Shown here one piece after another: positions 19,669 to 26,990 of a stretch of DNA of 64,000 nt. Numbering within the stretch: position 1 is the stretch's first letter; each line of letters begins with the position of its first letter. Position numbers and translations under genes: made by a program. The DNA is taken from contig JBBCJC010000003.1 in NCBI GenBank assembly GCA_037189525.1, forward strand, positions 512,001 through 576,000. Direction: 5' to 3'. Source of the stretch: Gemmatimonadales bacterium (GTDB lineage Bacteria > Gemmatimonadota > Gemmatimonadetes > Gemmatimonadales > GWC2-71-9). Below the pieces are notes generated by a model, which did not search any database, was not told where the DNA came from, and saw nothing but the letters and a program-made list of their open reading frames with translations.

Positions 19669-20904
19669 ATGCCATCAGTTCGTGTTACCTCAGAGATTGG
19701 TCCTCTCGAGGCGGTCCTCGTCCACACACCGGGACGGGAACTGGAAGCGGTCACGCCCAGCACCCGCGCGGCCTACCTCTATGATGACCTGATCGGACTG
19801 GAGACCTCGGCGCGCGAGCATCGCCGGTTGGTGTCGGTCCTGGAAAAATCGGCCCAGGTCTTCGAGATCGGGGCGCTGCTCGAAGATGTGCTCGCCCTCG
19901 ATGAGGCGCGGGAGTTCCTGATCACCAGCACCATGGACGTGGTTCCCTCCGAGCCGCTTGCGCAGCAACTGGCTGCCCTGTCGCCCAAGGATCTGGTCCG
20001 GCTCCTGATCGAAGGGAGTGAAGAACCCGGCGGGCCGATTGCGCGGACCGTCAACGAGGTCGGCTTCGTCCTTCCGCCGTTGCCGAATCTGTTCTTCCCG
20101 CGAGACATCGGCATGGTCGTGGGCGACCATGCGGTAGTCGGCGCCATGCGGCACGAGATCCGCTGGACCGAAGAGCTCCTGATCAAGACCATTTTCCAGT
20201 TCCACCCGGAGCTGGGCAATGCCGGTATTCTCTACGACGGTTCCGAGGAGCGGCGCAGCAACTACACCTTGGAAGGCGGCGATGTCCATGTCGCGCGTCC
20301 CGACCTGCTGATCCTCGGCTTTTCGCAGCGATCGTCGCCGGCAGCGCTCGATCGGCTGGTCGACGATCTCTTTGCGACCACGCCGGTCACCGATGCCATC
20401 GTGGTGGTGATGCCGCGCGAGCCGACGGCCATCCATCTCGACATGCTCTTCACCCAGCTCGACCGGGATCTCTGCGCCGTCTATCCGCCCGCGTTTCTAG
20501 GCCCCGAGCGGCTCACGATTCTGCATCGCAAGAAGGGGCGGAAGACCGTCAAGGAGCGGAGTGATCTGTTCGTGGCGCTCAAGCAGGTCGGCTTGCCACT
20601 GGCGCCGATCTTCACGGGCGGGAAGCGCCGCGCCTCCCAGGAGCGGGAGCAGTGGGCCAGCGGCTGCAACTTTCTGGCGGTCCGTCCCGGCCATATCATC
20701 AGCTATCAGCGGAACGAGGCCACGCTGCGGGAACTCGAAGCCAACGGTTTCGCGATCGTGCCGAACCAGGATTATCTGGCGTTCGACGATTGGGACGATT
20801 CGCGCGGGCGGGTCGCGGTCACGATCCCGGGTGGTGAACTGGTGCGCGGCGGTGGTGGGCCGCGCTGCATGACCCTGCCGATCCGCCGGCGCGACATCTG
20901 GTGA
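19669..20904 (+). CDS. arcA: Arginine deiminase
   Basis: V.SEIG.L..VLVH.PG.E, LYDD, PLPNLFFPRD, LEGGD, HLD, catalytic Cys in GGGGPRCMT.P..R. Confidence 0.9.
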   Translation: MPSVRVTSEIGPLEAVLVHTPGRELEAVTPSTRAAYLYDDLIGLETSAREHRRLVSVLEKSAQVFEIGALLEDVLALDEAREFLITSTMDVVPSEPLAQQLAALSPKDLVRLLIEGSEEPGGPIARTVNEVGFVLPPLPNLFFPRDIGMVVGDHAVVGAMRHEIRWTEELLIKTIFQFHPELGNAGILYDGSEERRSNYTLEGGDVHVARPDLLILGFSQRSSPAALDRLVDDLFATTPVTDAIVVVMPREPTAIHLDMLFTQLDRDLCAVYPPAFLGPERLTILHRKKGRKTVKERSDLFVALKQVGLPLAPIFTGGKRRASQEREQWASGCNFLAVRPGHIISYQRNEATLRELEANGFAIVPNQDYLAFDDWDDSRGRVAVTIPGGELVRGGGGPRCMTLPIRRRDIW

Positions 20905-21749
20905 CCGGACTCGTCGCTGCGCCCAGCGGCACGCTCGCCGACCGGGCGCTGGATCTTCTGGCAACGGGTCCGCAGACGGCGGAGTCGCTCGCGGCCAGCG
21001 TGTTCGGCATGCCGAGGACGCCGCCGGTGATTGCCGACCGGATTGCGGTGGCGCTGCTAGGTCCGGACCCGCGAGTCCGGCGATTGCCGGATGGCCGCTG
21101 GAGTCTGGTGGCGCGGGCGGCGGGGTCGCCCCTGGTCGAAGATGCGGCGTTTGCCGTGGTCGACGTCGAGACCACCGGCGGCCAGGCACGGGGCCGCGAC
21201 CGGATCACCGAGGTGGCCGTGGTGGTGGTGCAGGGCAGCCGGTGTGAGGTCGTCTACGATTCGCTGATCAATCCGGAGCGACCGATTCCGGCCCCCGTGG
21301 TGGGGGTAACCGGGATCACCGATGCCATGGTGCGCGCCGCCCCGACCTTCGACACCGTGGTCGACGATCTGCTTGCTGCGCTGGCGGGGCGGATCTTCGT
21401 GGCGCACAACGTAGGGTTCGACTGGGGATTCCTGTCGGCGGAGGTGCGCCGGGTCAAGTCGTACGGCTTGCACAGCGACCGGCTCTGTACCGTCCGGCTC
21501 GCGCGGGCGCTGGTGCCGGGCCTCCCGTCGTACGGTCTGGACAGCATGGCCGACTACTTTGGATTCGAGAACCCGGCTCGTCACCGGGCTGGTGGAGACG
21601 CGCTGGTGACGGGACGGGTGCTCCAGCGGTTGCTGGAACTGGCGCGCGGCAAAGAGGTTCGGACCGTGGCAGATTTGGAGCGGCTGCGGGCAGGTCGACG
21701 CCGCCGTCGCGGCAAAAAACGGCGAAGTGCACCGGAGGATATGATCTGA
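20901..21749 (+). CDS. DEDDh 3'-5' exonuclease (DnaQ/PolC-exo-like) with N-terminal extension and basic tail
   Basis: VVDVETTG, FVAHNVGFD, HRAGGDA. Confidence 0.9.
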   Translation: MTGLVAAPSGTLADRALDLLATGPQTAESLAASVFGMPRTPPVIADRIAVALLGPDPRVRRLPDGRWSLVARAAGSPLVEDAAFAVVDVETTGGQARGRDRITEVAVVVVQGSRCEVVYDSLINPERPIPAPVVGVTGITDAMVRAAPTFDTVVDDLLAALAGRIFVAHNVGFDWGFLSAEVRRVKSYGLHSDRLCTVRLARALVPGLPSYGLDSMADYFGFENPARHRAGGDALVTGRVLQRLLELARGKEVRTVADLERLRAGRRRRRGKKRRSAPEDMI

Positions 21750-22657
21750 TGGCGTACGCCCACTCCTTTATGCTCGGCAGCCTCAAGTGTTACGCGCTCG
21801 AGGCCGGCGGAATCAAGCTCGACGGCGGCGCCATGTTCGGTGTGGTGCCTAAGCCGCTCTGGTCCAAACGGATCCCGGCCGACGAGCGGAACCGGATCCG
21901 GATGGGGATGCGCTGCCTGTTGATCGAACATTCCGACGGTCTCGTCCTGATCGACTCCGGGCTCGGCAACAAGCAGGATGACCGCTTTCTCGACATGTAC
22001 GGTGTCGAGAACGGCGGGCCGGACGGTCGGACTCGTCTGGAGACGGCACTTGCCGAAACCGGCCACGCGCCCGCCGACATCAAGTGGGTCATCAACACCC
22101 ACCTGCATTTCGATCACGCGGGCGGCAACACCTGGGTCGAGCGGGACGAGACCGGCGTCGCCATCGGCGGCGAACGGCTCACCTTTCCCAATGCGACCTA
22201 TGTGACGCAATGGGGCGAACTCGAGTTTGCCCGCAACACCAACGAACGGACGCGCGCGTCCTATCTGGGTGAGAACTTCGAGCCGATCTCCGAGGCGGGA
22301 AAGTGGAAGCTACTCCGCGGCGACGTCGAAATCCTGCCCGGCATCTCGGCGCGGGTCACTCCCGGTCACGTGCCGCATCACCAGAGCATCGAGGTCAAGA
22401 GCGACGGCGATACCTTGCTCTACCTGGCCGACGTGATGCCGACCAGCCATCATCTGAGCCTTCCCTGGATCATGGGCTACGATCTGGAGCCGATGCGAAC
22501 GCTCGAGTCGAAGCGCAAGTTGCTGCGCATTGCCGAGGACGAGGGCTGGTGGTTCTTCTTCGAGCACGACGCCGATGTCATCATGGGCCGGATCGGCGAA
22601 GGCAGCAAAGGCCACGCGCTGGGCGATGTCGTGCGGGTCGGCGCGGAGGACGCGTGA
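21749..22657 (+). CDS. Metallo-beta-lactamase-fold hydrolase (YtnP-like)
   Basis: LDGGAMFGVVPKPLW, THLHFDHAGG, TPGH, W.MGYD..P, F.HD. Confidence 0.9.
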   Translation: MAYAHSFMLGSLKCYALEAGGIKLDGGAMFGVVPKPLWSKRIPADERNRIRMGMRCLLIEHSDGLVLIDSGLGNKQDDRFLDMYGVENGGPDGRTRLETALAETGHAPADIKWVINTHLHFDHAGGNTWVERDETGVAIGGERLTFPNATYVTQWGELEFARNTNERTRASYLGENFEPISEAGKWKLLRGDVEILPGISARVTPGHVPHHQSIEVKSDGDTLLYLADVMPTSHHLSLPWIMGYDLEPMRTLESKRKLLRIAEDEGWWFFFEHDADVIMGRIGEGSKGHALGDVVRVGAEDA

Positions 22658-24228
22658 CCGGACCGGTACCGGAGTCGCTTTCCGGCGCCCTGGCCGATCG
22701 CTACCGGATCGAGCGCGCGATCGGGCAGGGTGGGATGGCCACGGTGTATCAGGCCACCGACATCAAGCACGGGCGCCGGGTCGCGGTCAAAGTCCTTCGC
22801 TCCGATCTGGCGGCAAGCGTCGGGACGGATCGCTTCCTCCGCGAGATCACCATCGCGGCCCAGCTCCAGCACCCCCACATCCTGCTCCTGATCGACTCGG
22901 GTGAGGCGGGCGGACATCTCTACTATGTCATGCCGCTCATCGAGGGAGGTTCGCTGCGCACCAGGCTCGACACCGGCGAGGCCATTCCGGTCGAGGAGGT
23001 CACTAGGCTATCTCGCCAGGTGTCCGATGCGCTCGACTATGCGCACCGGCGCGGCCTGGTCCATCGCGACATCAAGCCGGAAAACATCCTGCTCAACGAC
23101 GGGCTGGCCGTCGTCGCCGATTTCGGGATTGCCAAAGCGCTCACCGAAGCAAGCGACCGCTCCCTGACGCGGACGGGATTTCCACTCGGCACGGTGGGAT
23201 ACATGAGTCCGGAGCAGGCGGCCGGGTTTACCGACCTCGATGCCCGGTCCGACGTCTTCAGTCTCGCCTGCGTGATCTACGAGCTGCTGGTCGGCCGGAT
23301 TCCCGGGATGTGGCCGAGCGATGAATCGCTCCGGGTCCAGCGCTTCCTCGAGGCGCCCGCGGAGCACCGGCGGCAACTCGATCTGCTGCCGGCAGCTGCG
23401 GAGCAAGTGCTGGTGCGGGGCCTGGCGCTGCGACCGGAGCATCGGTATCCGGGACCGAAGGTGATGGTCGATGAGCTGGTCCAGGCCTTCCGCGAACGGC
23501 CCAGATTCGATGAGGGACAGGTCCGCAACATCGTGGCGCGCGCTTCGGAACTCGAAGCTTCGTCGGTGACGGCGGATGGGAGTCTCACCCTGGGCGGGAT
23601 TCAACGCCTGGCGGCCGAAGTCGGAATTCCGCCGCAGCACGTCGACCGCGCCGCGCGCGAGTTACGGCCGGAGATGTCGTCTGCGGAGCTGTCGCGCTCC
23701 AGCCAGCCGTGGACTTCCCAGCCGCGGATCGTGGTCGAGCGATGGATCGACGGAGACATCCCCGAAGACGAATACGCCACCATCGTCGATGAAGTCCGAA
23801 TGACGGTGGGCAACGTGGGGCAGGCGTCGACGCTGGGCCGGTCTCTGGCATGGCGAACGGTGGTGCCGTCCGGTCAGCTGGGTCGTAACATCAGTCTCCT
23901 CGTGACCCCGTCGCAGGGCCGCACCCGACTTCGCATCGAAGAAATGGTGAGCAATCTGATGGGAGGCTACTTCGGCGCCATCGTGGGGGGAGGGAGCGGC
24001 GCCATCGTGCCCGGAAGCGTAGGGCTTGCGGTTGGTGCGCTGGGCACACCGCTCATGATCCCGGTCTTCCTGCTCGTCGGATACGGCGCTGCCCTCGGGA
24101 TTGCCCGTCATTTCTATCTGAAGGCGTACAATCGCCGATCCCGCGAGCTGAACGAGTTGGCGGATCGCCTCGTACATCATCTCGTCGAGAGCCGCGACCG
24201 GGACGCCCGGCGCCGGCTCCGCCCCTGA
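22654..24228 (+). CDS. Hanks-type Ser/Thr protein kinase fused to a C-terminal membrane domain
   Basis: GQGGMATVY, VAVK, HRDIKPEN, DFG, GTVGYMSPEQ, and C-terminal hydrophobic Gly-rich helices. GTG 22654 overlaps the upstream stop. Confidence 0.92.
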   Translation: MTGPVPESLSGALADRYRIERAIGQGGMATVYQATDIKHGRRVAVKVLRSDLAASVGTDRFLREITIAAQLQHPHILLLIDSGEAGGHLYYVMPLIEGGSLRTRLDTGEAIPVEEVTRLSRQVSDALDYAHRRGLVHRDIKPENILLNDGLAVVADFGIAKALTEASDRSLTRTGFPLGTVGYMSPEQAAGFTDLDARSDVFSLACVIYELLVGRIPGMWPSDESLRVQRFLEAPAEHRRQLDLLPAAAEQVLVRGLALRPEHRYPGPKVMVDELVQAFRERPRFDEGQVRNIVARASELEASSVTADGSLTLGGIQRLAAEVGIPPQHVDRAARELRPEMSSAELSRSSQPWTSQPRIVVERWIDGDIPEDEYATIVDEVRMTVGNVGQASTLGRSLAWRTVVPSGQLGRNISLLVTPSQGRTRLRIEEMVSNLMGGYFGAIVGGGSGAIVPGSVGLAVGALGTPLMIPVFLLVGYGAALGIARHFYLKAYNRRSRELNELADRLVHHLVESRDRDARRRLRP

Positions 24229-24407
24229 GCCGCGGACTTCGGCTCGACGAGTAGCGCTGTCCTGCGCTTATTCTCCGCTTAGTCGCCTTCATGAGGCTTT
24301 CTGGGGAGCGGAATCTTCGAGCGAAGGACCTCCTCTTGGAGGTGGAGCGGGCGGGATCGGTTGGCGGAGGTGTGAGGGGAGACGGGCTTCCCACGGCGAG
24401 ACAGGAC

Positions 24408-24436
24408 TTGACTGGAAATGCGTAAGTTCTTATCGT
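24408..24436 (+). promoter_or_regulatory. Sigma70-type promoter of the infC-rpmI-rplT operon
   Basis: TTGACT (24408-24413), 17-bp spacer, TATCGT (24431-24436) in a locally AT-rich patch. Confidence 0.7.
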
Positions 24437-24442
24437 TCAAGA

Positions 24443-24568
24443 ATATCGCAAGTGAGGCCTTAATTGGCCTCCACCCCAAGCCAGCGGCGAACGGGTCCTG
24501 AATCTGATCTCCCGGTCCTCACAGGCCTGGGAGCGTTCTGGACGCCCCGACTCGCTTCGGGGCGTTTT
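24443..24568 (+). ncRNA. Putative L20-type ribosomal protein leader (attenuator) upstream of infC
   Basis: Hairpin GAGGCC-TTAATT-GGCCTC then CACCC...GGGT, hairpin CTCCCGG...CCTGGGAG, then a terminator-like hairpin. Position matches known L20 leaders. Confidence 0.5.
24541..24568 (+). terminator. Intrinsic terminator-like hairpin within the infC leader
   Basis: GACGCCCCGA-CTCGCT-TCGGGGCGTT followed by TT. Confidence 0.6.
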
Positions 24569-24648
24569 GCGTAGGACGCCGGCCGTTCCGGCGCGGGCCC
24601 GGGCAGCATCGGGATCCGGTAGTCAAACTGAACCTGGAGGTATGGCCA

Positions 24649-25170
24649 CTGAGCACGAACGAGCGCGAACGACGGGTCCGGATCAATCGGATGATCCGCA
24701 TCAGCCCGGTCCGAGTCATTTCGGACGCCGGGGAGCAGTTGGGGGTGTTGACCATCGATGAGGCCATGGCGCTCGCGGAAGAGCGCGGACTCGATCTGGT
24801 CGAGGTCGCCCCGATGGCGCGGCCCCCCGTCGTCAAGATCATGAACTACGGGAAGTACAAGTTCGAAGAAGCCAAAGCGGCGCGTGCGGCCAAGAAGAAG
24901 CAGCACGTGATCGAGGTCAAGGAAGTCAAATTCCGGCCGGGCATCGACGAGCACGACCTCGAGTTCAAGGTCCGGCACATGCGCGAGTTCCTGAAGGAAG
25001 GGAACAAGGTCAAGGTGACCATGATGTTCCGTGGCCGGCAGGTGACACGAGTGGATCTGGGACGCGCCGTATTGGATCGGGTCCTGGCGCAGGTGGCCGA
25101 CGTCGGAAAAGTGGAGTTCGACGCGCGGCTGGAAGGTCGTACCATGGTCATGGTGCTGGCGCCCAAATAG
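24649..25170 (+). CDS. infC: Translation initiation factor IF-3, non-canonical CTG start
   Basis: The conserved [16 protein letters not shown] extends upstream of ATG 24691. GGAGGT (24636-24641) lies 7 nt before in-frame CTG 24649. Also [25 protein letters not shown]. Confidence 0.95.
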   Translation: MSTNERERRVRINRMIRISPVRVISDAGEQLGVLTIDEAMALAEERGLDLVEVAPMARPPVVKIMNYGKYKFEEAKAARAAKKKQHVIEVKEVKFRPGIDEHDLEFKVRHMREFLKEGNKVKVTMMFRGRQVTRVDLGRAVLDRVLAQVADVGKVEFDARLEGRTMVMVLAPK

Positions 25171-25235
25171 CGCCGGCGGTTTTGGGCCCCCGACATGGCG
25201 GTCGGTGCGGGCCCCTTAGGGAAACGGAAGCGACG

Positions 25236-25430
25236 ATGCCGAAGCAGAAGACGAAGCGAGCCGCCACCAAGCGGTTCAAAGTGACGGGAAGCGGCGCGAT
25301 CAAGCGGTCGAAGACCAACAAGCGCCACATCCTGACTAAGAAGACGCGCAAGCGGAAGAATCAACTGGGCAAGCCGGCGCTGGTGAGCTCCGCCGATTTC
25401 AGGCGGACCGAAAAGCTGCTGCTGGCCTAA
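25236..25430 (+). CDS. rpmI: 50S ribosomal protein L35
   Basis: [20 protein letters not shown]...HILTKK. Confidence 0.97.
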   Translation: MPKQKTKRAATKRFKVTGSGAIKRSKTNKRHILTKKTRKRKNQLGKPALVSSADFRRTEKLLLA

Positions 25431-25445
25431 CGCGGAGACGGATCG

Positions 25446-25799
25446 ATGCCTCGGGTAAAGAGCGGCGTGGCGCATCACGCCCGGAAAAAGAAGTACATGG
25501 CGGCAGCCAAGGGCGCGCGCGGTGCACGCAGCAAGCTCTACAAGGCTGCCAAGGAAACGGTCGAACGGGCGCTGCGGTATGCCTACCGCGATCGGCGTAA
25601 ACGGAAGAGCGAGTTCCGCGCGCTCTGGATCACCCGGATCAATGCGGCCGCTCGGCTCCACGATCTGTCGTACAGCCGATTTATGGCGGGCCTCAAGAAG
25701 GCCGGCGTCGAGATCGATCGGAAGATGCTTGCCGATCTCGCCGTTGCCGACGCGGATGCGTTTGCGCGTCTCGCCGAAGTCGCCAAAGGAGCCGCCTGA
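25446..25799 (+). CDS. rplT: 50S ribosomal protein L20
   Basis: [37 protein letters not shown]. Confidence 0.98.
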   Translation: MPRVKSGVAHHARKKKYMAAAKGARGARSKLYKAAKETVERALRYAYRDRRKRKSEFRALWITRINAAARLHDLSYSRFMAGLKKAGVEIDRKMLADLAVADADAFARLAEVAKGAA

Positions 25800-25827
25800 G
25801 CGCGTCGGCACCTGAGACACTGACGAC

Positions 25828-25870
25828 CACCCCCGCGCTCACCCCCTCGGTGGTCGCGGGGGTGATTCGT
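25828..25870 (+). terminator. Stable hairpin after rplT (terminator or processing stem)
   Basis: CACCCCCGCG(25828-25837)...CGCGGGGGTG(25855-25864) with a weak U tract. Confidence 0.4.
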
Positions 25871-25919
25871 TGTGGGACCGATCTGACCTTCGACCGATGG
25901 TGATGGGGCCGTTCTCTGC

Positions 25920-26990
25920 ATGGAGCCGACTGGATATTCCGAACTGGATGCGCTGCTGCCGCGGCTCGAGGCCCTCGCGGGTCTCGACGCGGCGGCGCTC
26001 GACAATGAGCGGATCGCGCTGCTGGGGCGCAAACAAGGCGCCCTGACGGCGCTGCTCAAATCGCTGCCCACCCTGGCGCCTGAGGACCGGAAGGCGTTCG
26101 GCGCTGCGGTCAACCGGCTCAAGCAGGCGTTCGAAGCGGCGTTCGAGAGCCGGGACGCTGCCTTGAACGGTGCGGCCGGCCACGCCGAACGCCGCGACCT
26201 GACCATGCCCGGCCGGCGCCAGTGGGTCGGCGCCGATCATCCGGTCACCAAGGTCACCGCCGAGATCTGCGACATCTTCCGCAGTCTCGGCTTTGCGGTG
26301 GCGGTAGGGCCCGAGGTCGAAGACGAGTGGATGAATTTCTTCGCCCTCAATTTTCCGGAAAACCATCCGGCGCTCGATGCGCACGACACGCTCTATCTGA
26401 CCGATACGGTCGAGCCCGCGGCGGATGAGCAGGGCCGAGGCGGCAAGCTCTTGCTGCGCACTCACACCTCGCCGGTGCAGATCCGGGTGATGCAGAGCGG
26501 ACCGCCGCCCTATCGGGTGGTGATTCCCGGCATGGTCTACCGGAACGATCCGTTCGATCCTTCGCACGCTCCGGCGTTTGCGCAGATCGAGGGCCTGGCC
26601 GTCGATGAGGGCATCGGTCTGGTCGACCTGAAGGCGACCTTGACGCATTTCGTGCACCGGTTCTTCAGTCCGACCACGAAGGTTCGCTTCCGGCCCTCGT
26701 ATTTCCCGTTCACCGAGCCGTCGGCCGAACTGGATGTCGAGTGCCAGCTTTGCCATGGCAGCGGCTGTCCGGCCTGTAAACACACCGGCTGGATGGAGAT
26801 TCTCGGCTGCGGCATGGTGCACCCCAACGTGCTCACCAACGCCGGCGTCGATGCCGAGCGGTATACGGGTTGGGCGTTCGGGATGGGGCCGGGGCGGGTG
26901 GCCATGAACCGGTTCGGTCTCCCCGATATCCGGTATCTCTACAGCGGTGATATGCGCTTGCTGCGCCAGTTCGGAGGAGCCGACCGATGA
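25920..26990 (+). CDS. pheS: Phenylalanine--tRNA ligase alpha subunit
   Basis: NF.ALNFP.NHPA, LLRTHTSPVQ, FRPSYFPFTEPS, CxxC..GCxxCK insert, GCGMVHP, AFGMG. Confidence 0.98.
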   Translation: MEPTGYSELDALLPRLEALAGLDAAALDNERIALLGRKQGALTALLKSLPTLAPEDRKAFGAAVNRLKQAFEAAFESRDAALNGAAGHAERRDLTMPGRRQWVGADHPVTKVTAEICDIFRSLGFAVAVGPEVEDEWMNFFALNFPENHPALDAHDTLYLTDTVEPAADEQGRGGKLLLRTHTSPVQIRVMQSGPPPYRVVIPGMVYRNDPFDPSHAPAFAQIEGLAVDEGIGLVDLKATLTHFVHRFFSPTTKVRFRPSYFPFTEPSAELDVECQLCHGSGCPACKHTGWMEILGCGMVHPNVLTNAGVDAERYTGWAFGMGPGRVAMNRFGLPDIRYLYSGDMRLLRQFGGADR

